Shown: positions 1 to 10,392, counted from the stretch's first letter. The stretch: DNA of 64,000 bases from Candidatus Hydrogenedentota bacterium (GCA_963674865.2 CAXXYE010000009.1:192001-256000), one strand, 5' to 3'. A program made the numbers and translations. The notes: generated by a model from the sequence alone, not told the origin.

Positions 1-773
1 CGGGTGTTTTCGTGGCGGGGACCACGGGAGAAGGCTTCTTGATGACGGTGGAGGAACGAAAGAAGCTTCTCGAAGAACTGATCGCAGCGGCCGGAAAACG
101 GATCAAGATTATTGCCCAGACGGGGCACTTCGACACTGCAACGGTGATCGAACTCTCCCAGCACGCCATGGAAGCCGGTGCGGCGGCGGCCGGTGTGGTA
201 GCCCCGGGATTCTACGGCTACGACGATGCCTCGCTGCGCCTGCATTACAAGCTCGTCGCTAAGGCAGTGAAGGACTTCCCGATCCTGCTGTACAACCTCC
301 CAGGCTGCGCCAAGAACCTGCTCACCGCCGAACTCATCGTAGAACTCGCGGAGGGCGTCGACAACATCGTCGGCATCAAGGACAGCTCGGGAATGATGGC
401 CCTCTTCAGCCGCGTGCTGGGCGACCGCCCCAAGGAATTCGTATGTATCAACGGCGCGGACGAGTACAGCTTCCAGGCTTACGCGGCAGGCGCCGACGGC
501 TCCGTATCCAGCACAGCCAACGTGTTCCCGGACGTATTCCTTGGAATCTTCAACAACATGAAGAAAGGCGACACGAAGAAAGCCTGGAAGTATCAAGTCA
601 TGCTCAATCGCCTGTGCGGCGTCTTCCAGTACGGCAAGATGGTGGCCTACTACAAGGAAGGCATGCGGCTTCGCGGTTTCGACGCTGGTTACGTGCGGGC
701 CCCGCAGCGTGAACTCACCGCCGCCGAAAGAAAGGCCTTCACCAAGAAGCTCGAAGGCATGGGCGTGCTCTAG
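1..773 (+). CDS. DHDPS/N-acetylneuraminate lyase family class I aldolase (5' end outside window)
   Basis: GTTGE motif, LYNLP, Schiff-base GIKDSSG; frame open back to the window start. Confidence 0.85.
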   Translation, partial: GVFVAGTTGEGFLMTVEERKKLLEELIAAAGKRIKIIAQTGHFDTATVIELSQHAMEAGAAAAGVVAPGFYGYDDASLRLHYKLVAKAVKDFPILLYNLPGCAKNLLTAELIVELAEGVDNIVGIKDSSGMMALFSRVLGDRPKEFVCINGADEYSFQAYAAGADGSVSSTANVFPDVFLGIFNNMKKGDTKKAWKYQVMLNRLCGVFQYGKMVAYYKEGMRLRGFDAGYVRAPQRELTAAERKAFTKKLEGMGVL

Positions 774-802
774 CAGACGTCACAGGCAACAAGACACGCA
801 AG

Positions 803-829
803 AGGGCGCGGACTTCCGCGCCCTTTCTT
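803..829 (+). terminator. Rho-independent terminator after the aldolase
   Basis: AGGGCGCGG-ACTT-CCGCGCCCT stem-loop followed by TTCTT. Confidence 0.65.
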
Positions 830-918
830 GTATACATCGCTTGTCGAAGCGAAATCCCCAGGAGGTCCGTGCAATAGATACCAAGGAGCCTAGGTCTTTC
901 CCGGATCCGGCCGCCTTG

Positions 919-3039
919 ATGCGGCTGGGCGAGCCCTTCGCGGCGGGCTACTTTGAAGAACCGGACGCGGCGCCTATGCGGCGGTGGTCCCGTGCGGTGC
1001 GCCGTCGACTCGAGCACGAGTCGCCGCCGCCCTACATCGGCACCTGGCTCTATCCGTACGGCGATCTCTGCCAAGGCCAACAGAGGAAGCTCCTCGAGCC
1101 ATCGTACAGCTTCACGTGGCTATACAACGACCGTATCACGGCGCAGCGTATCGAGTCTGCCGAGGGAAACGAGAAAGAGACGCTCCTCGTGTTCCGTAGG
1201 GCGATGCAGGAGGAGAGAGCGCTTCTCCACGAGTGGCGCACGATCCATCGCGTCGGCGGAGCGGGATATACCCACAGTATCCCAAATTACGGCCGCGTAC
1301 TCCGCGATGGCCTCGACGCCCACGCCCGCCGTATCGAGGCCGGCCTCGACAAGGCGGCCCGGCAAGGCGCGCACGACCGCGCCGACTGCTATCTCGGCCT
1401 CCAGGATGTCCTTCGGGGCATTGACGCCTGGCGCGTAAGTCTACTGCACGCACTGGAATCCTGGCCCGGTGGTGACGCGGAGGCGGAGCGCCGGCGTGAC
1501 GCACTGCTCCAAGCGCTGATGCACGTCCCTTTCGGGAGCGCCCGCAATTTCCATGAGGCGTTCGTGGCCTACAATCTCACCTACTATCTCGACGGCTGCG
1601 ACAATCCCGGACGCATCGACCAGGAGCTTCAGCCATACTACGAAACCGACCTCCGCGAGGGCCGGCTCTCCCGCGCGGAGGCCCTTGCGATGATGCGCGA
1701 GTTCACCGAGAACGTATGCGCCGCGCCGGGCTGGAGCGCCGCCATCGGTGGAACGACGTCGGAAGGCGCCCCCGGCTACAACGAACTCACACTGCTTTGC
1801 CTGGAATCCGTTCAGGGCAAATACCGCCCCAACTATGAACTTCGCGTTCGCAAGGACATGCCCGACGAAGTATGGGACGCCGCCCTCACGGCGCTCGGGA
1901 CGGGCTGCGGCCAGCCGGCCCTCTACAATGAGGAAGGCTACCTCGACGGCCTCCGGGAGATGGACCTCGGACTCACCGACGAGGATGTGACTTGGTGGAA
2001 TGGCGGCGGCTGTACGGAAACCATGATCCACGGCCGCTCCAATGTCGGCTCTCTCGATGCGGGACTTCACCTTCCTCTGGTGCTCGAAGGCACCTTGAAA
2101 ACATCGCTGAAGGACGCTTGTTGCTTCGAAGCGCTCCTCGGCCGCTTTCGCGCCGATGTCGCCGCCGCAGTTGTCGAGATCGTCGAGAATGTCAACCACG
2201 ACCAAGAGACCCGCGCGCGGCGACGCCCACAACCCATGCGAACCTTGCTGATCGACGACTGCATCGACAGGGGCATCGAGTTCAACGCCGGCGGCGCAAG
2301 GTACAACTGGAGCGTCATCAACGTGGCCGGGCTCGCCAACGTCGCAGATTCACTGGCGGCGATCCGGGAGATGGTCTTCGACAAGCGCGAGGTCGCGGGC
2401 GACGCGTTTCTGCGGATCCTTGAGGAAGATTACCGGGGCAACGAGCCCCTTAGGCGGCGCGCGGCCCAGTGTCCTCGGTTTGGAAACGACGACATGCGCG
2501 CAGATAACCTCGCCGCGAGTATCGCCCGCTTCGTTTTCCGGGAGTTTGACAGGCACAGGCCCTGGCGGGGAGGACGTTTTCTGCCTTCTTGCATCATGTT
2601 CGAAACCTACGGCGCGGAAGGCGAGAGACTAGGCGCAACACCCGATGGTCGCCGCGCAGGCGAGCCCCTCGCTGATTCCATCGGCCCCTATCAAGGGCGG
2701 GATACGCAAGGGCCCACGGCCATGGTGCGCAGCGTTACCAGGCTGCCTCTTGCCCAGGCCATAGGCACACCCATCGTCAACGTTCGCCTAAGCAAAGACC
2801 TCTTCGCATCAGCGGAAGGCTGCGGACGTGTCCGCGAGTTCATACAAACCTACTTCGACTTGGGCGGGATGCAGATTCAGGTATCCGTAGTGGATCAGAC
2901 GACACTCCTGGACGCCATGGAACACCCCGAACGCCACGAGGACCTCATTGTGCGCATCGGCGGGTACTCTGCCTACTTCAACAACCTGTCTCCCAGCCTG
3001 AAAGAGGCCGTGCTCCACCGGACGATTCACGGTGCATAG
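919..3039 (+). CDS. Glycyl radical enzyme (PFL-like superfamily), substrate unknown; start uncertain
   Basis: Cys loop GGGCTE; C-terminal Gly-radical motif DLIVRIGGYSAYF; ATPDGRRAGEPL; ORF track 709..3039. Confidence 0.85.
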   Translation: MRLGEPFAAGYFEEPDAAPMRRWSRAVRRRLEHESPPPYIGTWLYPYGDLCQGQQRKLLEPSYSFTWLYNDRITAQRIESAEGNEKETLLVFRRAMQEERALLHEWRTIHRVGGAGYTHSIPNYGRVLRDGLDAHARRIEAGLDKAARQGAHDRADCYLGLQDVLRGIDAWRVSLLHALESWPGGDAEAERRRDALLQALMHVPFGSARNFHEAFVAYNLTYYLDGCDNPGRIDQELQPYYETDLREGRLSRAEALAMMREFTENVCAAPGWSAAIGGTTSEGAPGYNELTLLCLESVQGKYRPNYELRVRKDMPDEVWDAALTALGTGCGQPALYNEEGYLDGLREMDLGLTDEDVTWWNGGGCTETMIHGRSNVGSLDAGLHLPLVLEGTLKTSLKDACCFEALLGRFRADVAAAVVEIVENVNHDQETRARRRPQPMRTLLIDDCIDRGIEFNAGGARYNWSVINVAGLANVADSLAAIREMVFDKREVAGDAFLRILEEDYRGNEPLRRRAAQCPRFGNDDMRADNLAASIARFVFREFDRHRPWRGGRFLPSCIMFETYGAEGERLGATPDGRRAGEPLADSIGPYQGRDTQGPTAMVRSVTRLPLAQAIGTPIVNVRLSKDLFASAEGCGRVREFIQTYFDLGGMQIQVSVVDQTTLLDAMEHPERHEDLIVRIGGYSAYFNNLSPSLKEAVLHRTIHGA

Positions 3040-3095
3040 AACGCGGTCTTGGAGGACTTCCCTAGAGGGAAGTACGGGAACGCATTCGTATCAGA

Positions 3096-3149
3096 CCACA
3101 CTATATGGTAGGATCCCCACTTGACTGACCACGACCTGGTGTCTACCAT
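3096..3149 (+). promoter_or_regulatory. Sigma70-type promoter overlapped by a tandem NrdR-box-like pair
   Basis: TTGACT(3121-3126)-17 bp-TACCAT(3144-3149); CCACACTATATGGTAG (3096-3111) and weaker GACCACGACCTGGTGT (3127-3142), 31 bp apart. Confidence 0.5.
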
Positions 3150-3241
3150 GAGCGTGTTGCAAACGTTCTTAGGGAAAGAAAGTCGCGTTTGCCCTGGAGC
3201 CGCCTGCTCCTGCCGGCCACGCGCATTATCAGCCGTCTAGA

Positions 3242-5455
3242 ATGGGGAGCGAGGCTCAGGTGCACAAATCAAGGCTCTTTTTCGTCACGCTTATCGCTGG
3301 CTTCCTGGCCAGCCTGCTCGGCGGCTGCGCCACCACGCGAGATGTTCACCAATTCAAGCCGCTGCCTGTGGCGTCCGTCCGGGCCGGCGACCTCGCGCCG
3401 GAAGCCCCGCGAGCGGCTTCCGAGCTGCTTAAGGCCGCGGGTGATGCCCTGAAATCAGCGAACACGGCCCACGAAAAAGGCGATGTGGAAGCGGCCTCAC
3501 GCTACTACAACATGGTCTTCGAGCTTCTTATGGAGGCCGACCTAGATCCCACCGTCTATTACAAGCAGAAGTCGCAGTTGGCGCGCCTTCTAGACGCGAC
3601 GGCGGAGCAGGCGCCGCGCTTCGCGCGTTTCCGTGAACGGAAAGAAGGGGAATTCCCGAGCGTGTACGGTGAAATTGTCGTGCCGCTCGAACTGCCACGG
3701 CGCGTCGAACAAGAGGTCCAAGAGATTCAGAAGGTCTATCCCAAGGGATATCAGGCCGGGCTGAATCGCAGCACGCGGTACTTGCCGTATATCTGCAAGG
3801 AACTCCGAAAGGCCGGCCTGCCCGAAGATTTGGCATGGCTGGCCATGGTGGAGAGCCAGTTCACGCCGAAGATCGTATCGCCCGCGGGCGCGGGCGGCAT
3901 GTGGCAATTCATGCGAAGCACGGCCCGCCGCTACGGCCTTCGGATGGACTACTATGTCGACGAGCGGTACGACTGGCAGAAGGCCACAAAGGCAGCCATA
4001 GCCTACCTCCGCGAGCTGTACGAAATGTTCGACTGGAATTGGCCGTACGCAGTGTCGGCCTACAACATGGGCGAGTACGGCCTCGAGCGGACCATCGCGG
4101 CAGCCGGTGGCGAGCGCGACCTGTGGGCACTGCTCGAGATGCCGCAGACCTCCAATTACATGCGTCAAGAGACGCGCAAGTTCTACGCCAAACTCTTGGC
4201 CACCATCGTAGTCGCCCGAAACCCTGAGCGGTATGGATTCTCCCAAAGCCTTGAGCCGGCCGATTCCACAGTGCGCGTGCCCGTCAAGGGCTGCTACAGC
4301 CTCAGGGCGCTCAACGAGGCCTGTGGGCTGCCTGCCGACACACTCAAGCGACTCAATCCGGAGTATATCCGCGGCGTCACGCCGCCCCAAGGGTCATACG
4401 GCGTCGCGGTGCCGACGGACAAGGCGGACACGCTTGTCACAGCCCTCAAGAAGGTGCCCGAACTGAAATACACCAGCTACACGGGACCCGACGGCGTGCA
4501 TATCGTTCGGCCCCGCGAGACCCCTTCACAGATCGCCAAGCTCTACGGCGTATCCACGAAGGAGCTGATGCGCGTCAACCGAATTCAATCCGCGCGAACG
4601 CTCCAGGTGGGGCAGCGGCTGCTGGTGCCGGGCAAGGGGAAGTCAACCGGCTCGGTCGAAGTCGACACATCAGGCCGGACCATATATACAGTGCGACGGG
4701 GTGACAGTCTCGGGCTTATCGCCAAACGGCACGGCGTGTCAGTGAAGAATCTTCAATCGTGGAACGGCCTGGGATCAAAAACAAGGATCTACACGGGCCA
4801 GAAACTCTTCGTCACGGCCCCGGGCGCCGCTACCGCCACGCACACTGGCCCAGGATCGTCCCAGGCCGGCCAAAAGGTCGTGCACATCGTGAGGTCCAAC
4901 GAGTACCCGGCCAAGATCGCCCGTCAGTACGGCGTCGACCTGGACGACTTTCTCAAGTGGAACAACCTAACCCGCCGGTCCATGATCCGCGTCGGGCAGA
5001 AGCTGACCGTCTACACGCATAGCGGCAAGACGGTTCCAGATCAGCCGGCCACCGGAACTGGCACACCTTCGGGCGCGGTACCAGGTAACGCCCTGAAACG
5101 CATCCACAAAGTCAGCTCCGGCGAGAACCCTTGGATCATCGCCGAGGCATATGGCGTACCCGTCGCTGATTTCCTGAAATGGAACGGGTTGAGCGAATCC
5201 TCGGTTCTGCATATCGGGGACGAATGCGTCCTCTATCTAGCCGGCGAGGGCGCCACGACAGAGCCGTCGACCAAATCGGCCACGGCCGAGACTGCGGGCG
5301 AGAAAATCCTCCACACCGTGTCTAAGGGCCAGAACCCGACGACCATTGCACGTCGTTATGGAGTCAAAGTCAGCGACCTGTTTCGATGGAACGGTTGGGA
5401 GAAGACGCCCGTTCTCCACATCGGCACTAAAGTCATCGTCTACAAGAAGAACTGA
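3242..5455 (+). CDS. mltD: MltD-like lytic transglycosylase lipoprotein with 5 LysM repeats
   Basis: Lipobox LLGGC; SLT motifs AMVES, AGGMWQFM, AYNMGE; five HxV...IAxxYGV LysM repeats. Confidence 0.85.
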   Translation: MGSEAQVHKSRLFFVTLIAGFLASLLGGCATTRDVHQFKPLPVASVRAGDLAPEAPRAASELLKAAGDALKSANTAHEKGDVEAASRYYNMVFELLMEADLDPTVYYKQKSQLARLLDATAEQAPRFARFRERKEGEFPSVYGEIVVPLELPRRVEQEVQEIQKVYPKGYQAGLNRSTRYLPYICKELRKAGLPEDLAWLAMVESQFTPKIVSPAGAGGMWQFMRSTARRYGLRMDYYVDERYDWQKATKAAIAYLRELYEMFDWNWPYAVSAYNMGEYGLERTIAAAGGERDLWALLEMPQTSNYMRQETRKFYAKLLATIVVARNPERYGFSQSLEPADSTVRVPVKGCYSLRALNEACGLPADTLKRLNPEYIRGVTPPQGSYGVAVPTDKADTLVTALKKVPELKYTSYTGPDGVHIVRPRETPSQIAKLYGVSTKELMRVNRIQSARTLQVGQRLLVPGKGKSTGSVEVDTSGRTIYTVRRGDSLGLIAKRHGVSVKNLQSWNGLGSKTRIYTGQKLFVTAPGAATATHTGPGSSQAGQKVVHIVRSNEYPAKIARQYGVDLDDFLKWNNLTRRSMIRVGQKLTVYTHSGKTVPDQPATGTGTPSGAVPGNALKRIHKVSSGENPWIIAEAYGVPVADFLKWNGLSESSVLHIGDECVLYLAGEGATTEPSTKSATAETAGEKILHTVSKGQNPTTIARRYGVKVSDLFRWNGWEKTPVLHIGTKVIVYKKN

Positions 5456-5585
5456 TTCCCAGACGCGCGCACAGCACGCCCGTCCGCCCCTTATCCTTGG
5501 CTCAGGGCGCCGCGAGCCTCTCCTCTGTCATTGTCTTCCACATAGTACGATTCATGCCTTGCCTCTGGAGTCGAATTTCTCACCT

Positions 5586-5614
5586 TTGACGATTTTCCAG
5601 CATCAATGTATGAT
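5586..5614 (+). promoter_or_regulatory. Sigma70-type promoter of the pilT-like gene
   Basis: TTGACG-17 bp-TATGAT. Confidence 0.5.
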
Positions 5615-5689
5615 GGCCCGACGTCACGGACAGCGTCCGGCGCACGAGCGAGGTTCGGGCCTGCAGGCCGCCAGTCGTAAGCGGGGAGA

Positions 5690-7219
5690 ATGGCTATGGC
5701 AGAAATCGTGATCGGGACGGGGACCCAGAAGAGCGCGCGCACCGTGCTCGCCATTCTGGAACGCGAACTTAGCAGAACCCACGGGGCGCCAAGGAAGCTC
5801 ACCGCCTCGACCGAGACGATGGTTATTGTGGGAGAGCGCCCGGCGTACGAAGGCGATTTTAAGACCTTCACGCTGCGAACACGGCTAAGAGGAAAAGCGC
5901 TGGAATCACTGAAGGATGCGGTGGCCCAATTCTCCGAGGGATGCGCCTTGGCGGAAGAGGGGAGCTGGCAAATCCTGTCCTGCCCACCCGCGGGGTCAAG
6001 AGCCAACGAGCAAGCCAAAGAGGCCGTGGACAAGCTGTCCGGCCTCCTGCGTATGCCGGAGGTCTGGCGCATCAAGGGAGAGCAATTCCGTGCAGACCCG
6101 ATCAGCGTGGAGAAGCTCTTTCAGGCGCTGGTTCAGTACAAGGCAAGTGATGTGCATCTCTCCCCGGGTGAAGCGCCTCTATTTCGCATTGACAATCAGG
6201 CACACCGTTCGGAACTGATGGGCGCCCTCTCTGCGACGCAGATAGGCGCCCTGATCCGGGACCTGGCCACGGATGTCCAATACAAGGAGTTCGAGGAGAC
6301 GATGCAAACCAGCTTCAACTTCCACCAGGTTGGGCTGGGCTACTCGAGGGTATCCGCCTTCATCAAAACGGGCGCCCCGCATCTCACTTTCCGTTATCTC
6401 CCCGAGACAATTCCGTCTTTCGACGAATTGAACGTTCCGCCCAAACCCTTGCAGGAATTGTCCAACCTTCACCACGGCCTCGTCTTGATCACGGGCATGA
6501 CGGGCAGCGGAAAGACGACGACTGTCGCCGCCATGGTGGATTGGATAAACACACACAAGCAGCTGCACGTTCTCACTATCGAGAATCCCATCGAATACGT
6601 CCATCGCAACAAGAAATCGTTCGTCTCACAACGAAACACGGGCGAGGACGTGCCCTCGTTCGCGATAGCCGTCGAAGGAGCAATGCGCCACGACCCCGAC
6701 GTGATCGTCATCGGGGAAATGCGCGATTCCGACACCATTCGCTCTGCCATCAACGCAGCCTCGACGGGCCATCTTGTCATCAGTACACTGCACTCCAACA
6801 CCGCCAGCGAGGTGGTCAACCGCGTCGTCAGCTTTTTCGATCCCGTTGAGCGAGACCTCGTTCGCCTGCAACTGCGGGACTGCATCCGGTGCATCATATG
6901 CCAACGGCTAGTGCCACGCATGGGCGGCGGACGCTTCCCCTCACTCGAGATGATGTTCAACGACATCAAACCCATCAATGATGCCATCATCGCGGGCGAC
7001 ACCGACGGCATGAGGATCGGGATGCAGCAAACCATCTCTCACTCATTCCTGTTCGAGGAATACCTGCTGAGACTCTTCAAAGAGGGGAAGGTCGATCTCG
7101 AGAACGCGCGGCACTATTCAACGGAAGTGAGCATCTTCGACCAGATGCACATGGGCACCTACTCCATTCCGCGCCTGACAGAACTGAAGGCGGCGCGTGA
7201 CGCCATGTACCGAGCGTAG
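5690..7219 (+). CDS. PilT/PilU-family type IV pilus ATPase with a ~135-aa N-terminal extension
   Basis: ASDVHL, Walker A GMTGSGKTT, TIENPIE, DPDVIVIGEMRD, TGHLVISTLH. Confidence 0.85.
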   Translation: MAMAEIVIGTGTQKSARTVLAILERELSRTHGAPRKLTASTETMVIVGERPAYEGDFKTFTLRTRLRGKALESLKDAVAQFSEGCALAEEGSWQILSCPPAGSRANEQAKEAVDKLSGLLRMPEVWRIKGEQFRADPISVEKLFQALVQYKASDVHLSPGEAPLFRIDNQAHRSELMGALSATQIGALIRDLATDVQYKEFEETMQTSFNFHQVGLGYSRVSAFIKTGAPHLTFRYLPETIPSFDELNVPPKPLQELSNLHHGLVLITGMTGSGKTTTVAAMVDWINTHKQLHVLTIENPIEYVHRNKKSFVSQRNTGEDVPSFAIAVEGAMRHDPDVIVIGEMRDSDTIRSAINAASTGHLVISTLHSNTASEVVNRVVSFFDPVERDLVRLQLRDCIRCIICQRLVPRMGGGRFPSLEMMFNDIKPINDAIIAGDTDGMRIGMQQTISHSFLFEEYLLRLFKEGKVDLENARHYSTEVSIFDQMHMGTYSIPRLTELKAARDAMYRA

Positions 7220-7285
7220 AAGCCGACCCCAGACAAGAAGCTCGTTCCCGCCCATCTGACACCTTCGTGAAGAAGGCCCTCAGGT

Positions 7286-7517
7286 TTTTCAACAAGTTTT
7301 CCACAATCGCGCACATCTCTCGAAAGGATGGCAGAACACACCTACGGCAATCTCGCAAAGCACTGTAAAAAAACAACTTAGTAGACTGCGCGTCTTGTTT
7401 CGGGGTGTGTCGTTACCACTTGAGCAGTCCATGGCGGCCCGAGGATAACGGATTTATCAACGACAACGAAGAAGCCAAGGGATTGTCGCACAATCAGTTA
7501 GCAGGCGGGTATCCACC
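7286..7517. promoter_or_regulatory. Intergenic DnaA-box cluster
   Basis: TTTTCAACA 7286-7294, TTTTCCACA 7297-7305, CGAGGATAA 7440-7448, TTATCAACG 7454-7462, GTATCCACC 7509-7517. Confidence 0.5.
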
Positions 7518-7680
7518 ATCCCACGCGGCAAGCTTCTTCACGCGTCATGCGGCAGGAACAATTCGCGGCAAGGAAGCCGGTTAGCGGACGACGGGAACAA
7601 GGCGTGGTACGCAGCCTTCGCCTTTCGTATACTTTGTGCAAGGATTTGGAAAATGGCAGCTCGACCCGCGGAGCGGCACT

Positions 7681-8226
7681 ATGCGCGTAATTGCAGGAAC
7701 GGCAAAGGGAACACGGCTATTCACGCCCAAGGGCTTGCGTATCAGGCCCACCCGCGATGCCGTACGCGAATCCCTCTTCAACGTCCTCGAGCCGGGGCTC
7801 GCTGGCGCGTTCTTCCTCGACCTGTTCGCCGGAACGGGAGCAAACGGCATCGAGGCCCTAAGCCGTGGAGCCGCCCGGTGCGTTCTCGTAGACCAACATA
7901 CAGCCTCAGTTCAAGCTATCCGAAAGAATCTGGAAATCTCACGCCTTTCCTCGCAGGCCGATGTGAGACGCCTCACGCTGCCCGGGGGATTGAAGCGCCT
8001 TGCGGGAAGAAACAACGGCTACGGGATCGTTTTCGCCGACCCGCCCTATGAGTTTGACGGCTACGACGCCCTGCTCGCGGAGATACGACGGCACCAGATC
8101 CTCGACCCCAACGGGGTGGTCGTCATAGAGCATGCGTCCAGGAAGCCTTTACCCACTGAAATCGAGGGTTTCGACCGCAAGGACACGCGCAGATACGGGG
8201 AAACAACACTAGCGTTTTTTGCTTGA
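7681..8226 (+). CDS. rsmD: 16S rRNA m2G966 methyltransferase
   Basis: MRVIAGTAKG, RPTRDAVRESLFN, LDLFAGTG, FADPPY. Confidence 0.9.
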   Translation: MRVIAGTAKGTRLFTPKGLRIRPTRDAVRESLFNVLEPGLAGAFFLDLFAGTGANGIEALSRGAARCVLVDQHTASVQAIRKNLEISRLSSQADVRRLTLPGGLKRLAGRNNGYGIVFADPPYEFDGYDALLAEIRRHQILDPNGVVVIEHASRKPLPTEIEGFDRKDTRRYGETTLAFFA

Positions 8227-8305
8227 CGGCTTATATGGTATGTGCTAGAGTGTCCCCAACACAAGATGTGGAGATCGAGTTCGGTTTCGGGCCTACGCCT
8301 TGTGG
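8223..8305 (+). promoter_or_regulatory. nrdR promoter with tandem NrdR boxes (possible autoregulation)
   Basis: TTGACG(8223-8228)-17 bp-TAGAGT(8246-8251); ACACAAGATGTGGAGA 8259-8274 and GGCCTACGCCTTGTGG 8290-8305, 31 bp apart. Confidence 0.55.
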
Positions 8306-8341
8306 TGTTCTTAAGAGGCGGTCCAAAGGGAAAGGCTCCTC

Positions 8342-8791
8342 ATGCGTTGTCCATTCTGCAATCACACGGATGGCAAAGTAGTGGATTCGAGGTCATCCAA
8401 AGAGGGCGATTCGATTCGGCGGCGGCGCGAATGCCTGAACTGCGGGAAGCGCTTCACGACCTATGAGCGGATCGAAGAAGTAGCCCAGATGGTCATCAAG
8501 AAGGACGGGCGCCGCGAGCCGTTCGATCGGTGGAAACTGAAAAGCGGTATCCTGAAGGCCGTCGAGAAGAGGCCCGTGGGTCTCGAACAAGTGGACGCAC
8601 TCATCGACGAGGTCGAACGCGAGTTGTTCAATTCCAGCGAGCATGAGGTGCCGACCCAGGCGATTGGCGAAGCCGTCATGCGGAAGCTAAAGCAACTCGA
8701 CGAGGTGGCTTACGTGCGGTTCGCTTCCGTCTACAGGCAGTTCAAGGACCTGAACGAGTTCATGAGCGAACTCAAGGTCATGCTCTCCTGA
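8342..8791 (+). CDS. nrdR: Transcriptional repressor NrdR
   Basis: MRCPFC...RRRRECLNC zinc ribbon, ATP cone [15 protein letters not shown]. Confidence 0.97.
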   Translation: MRCPFCNHTDGKVVDSRSSKEGDSIRRRRECLNCGKRFTTYERIEEVAQMVIKKDGRREPFDRWKLKSGILKAVEKRPVGLEQVDALIDEVERELFNSSEHEVPTQAIGEAVMRKLKQLDEVAYVRFASVYRQFKDLNEFMSELKVMLS

Positions 8792-9000
8792 CATGTGCCG
8801 CGCCGCACCCGGCGGCCGCCTCAAAGCACATACGCTGCTGCGCCGCCCTCATGCCCGCGGCGCCCATATGCTCCGGCCTTCCTTTGTCTTACCTACACAT
8901 TGTTCAATCTTACTCCCATCCGCGAGATCGGTTGACGGTATCGTGAGGGTGTCTTAATATGAGTGGTCCTTGGAGTAGGCGACAAGAGGAGGGCAGCGCG

Positions 9001-10392
9001 GTGGACTATCGCATCGAGCAAGACACGATGGGCGAAATGCGCGTGCCCGCGGACAAGTACTACGGGTGTCAGACAGCGCGCTCGCTGGTGAATTTTCCAA
9101 TTGGCTCAGAACGCATGCCGCTGGAGGTCATCCACGCCTTGGGGGTGGTGAAGAAAGCCGCCGCCCTGACCAATAGGGACCTGGACCTCCTCGCCGAGGA
9201 CCTGTGCGACGCTATCTGCCGAGCTGCCGACGAGGCGATCTCGGGCGAATTGGACGAGCATTTCCCGCTTGTGGTCTGGCAAACGGGCAGCGGCACCCAG
9301 ACAAATATGAACGTCAACGAGGTCGTGGCCAACCGGGCGAACCTCTTGCTGGGCGGTCAGCTGGGCGCCAGATCGCCGGTTCATCCGAATGATCATGTGA
9401 ACATGTCCCAGTCGTCGAACGATGTGTTCCCCGCCGCCATGAGTATCGCCGCCGCGAAGAGCATCCACGACCACCTCCTGCCGGCCCTCCGCGCACTGAG
9501 GGACGCGCTCGCGGCAAAGTCCGAGGGCTTCAAGGACATCATCAAGGTCGGCCGGACGCACTTGATGGACGCCACGCCGCTCACGCTCGGGCAAGAGTTC
9601 TCCGGTTACACGCAGCAGATTGCCAACGGCATCGAGCGAGTCGAGCAGACACTGCCCAAGCTGCAAGAGCTGGCCCTTGGCGGCACGGCCGTCGGCACCG
9701 GTTTGAACACGAAGAAGGGCTTTGCCGAAGCGGTCGCGGCCAAGGTGGCAGAGTTGACGGGGCTCCCCTTCACATCGGCCCCTAACAAGTTCGAGTCGCT
9801 GGCGGCGCATGACGCGCAGGTGATGACCTCCGGCGCCCTAAAGACCGTGGCGTGCAGTCTAGTGAAGATCGCCAACGACGTTCGCTGGCTGGCAAGCGGC
9901 CCGCGCTGCGGCGTGGGCGAAATCGCTATCCCCGCGAACGAACCGGGATCGTCCATCATGCCGGGCAAGGTCAATCCCACCCAGTGCGAAGCTGTTACCA
10001 TGGTGTGCGCCCAGGTGATTGGGAACGATACGACCGTGGCGATGGCGGGCGCATCGGGCAACTTCGAACTCAACGTTCTCAAGCCTGTTATCGTGTATAA
10101 CGTGCTGCAATCCATCCGGTTATTGAGCGACGCCGCCGCGTCATTTACCGAGCGCTGCGTCGCGGGCATCGAGCCGAACCGGGAGCGGATCGAAGCCCAC
10201 GTGCGCAACACGCTCATGCTCGTCACGGCATTGAACCGCAAGATCGGCTACGATAACGCCGCGCGCGTCGCCAAAGCCGCCCACGCCAACGGCACCGCCC
10301 TGCGGGAAGAGGCCATCAACCTCGGCCTCCTCACCGGCGAGGAGTTCGACGCCGTCGTCGACCCGGCCAAGATGATCGGGCCATCTGACTAA
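9001..10392 (+). CDS. fumC: Class II fumarate hydratase
   Basis: [13 protein letters not shown] signature, QTGSGT, HPNDHVN; GTG start after GAGGAGG. Confidence 0.95.
   Translation: MDYRIEQDTMGEMRVPADKYYGCQTARSLVNFPIGSERMPLEVIHALGVVKKAAALTNRDLDLLAEDLCDAICRAADEAISGELDEHFPLVVWQTGSGTQTNMNVNEVVANRANLLLGGQLGARSPVHPNDHVNMSQSSNDVFPAAMSIAAAKSIHDHLLPALRALRDALAAKSEGFKDIIKVGRTHLMDATPLTLGQEFSGYTQQIANGIERVEQTLPKLQELALGGTAVGTGLNTKKGFAEAVAAKVAELTGLPFTSAPNKFESLAAHDAQVMTSGALKTVACSLVKIANDVRWLASGPRCGVGEIAIPANEPGSSIMPGKVNPTQCEAVTMVCAQVIGNDTTVAMAGASGNFELNVLKPVIVYNVLQSIRLLSDAAASFTERCVAGIEPNRERIEAHVRNTLMLVTALNRKIGYDNAARVAKAAHANGTALREEAINLGLLTGEEFDAVVDPAKMIGPSD

Noticed and set aside
919..3039. Calling the GRE pyruvate formate-lyase (pflB)
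   Set aside because: Lacks the vicinal Cys-Cys pair and an adjacent pflA
4480..5455. Repeats in the mltD 3' half as a DNA repeat array
   Set aside because: These are protein-level LysM repeats with diverged nucleotide sequence, not a CRISPR or tandem array
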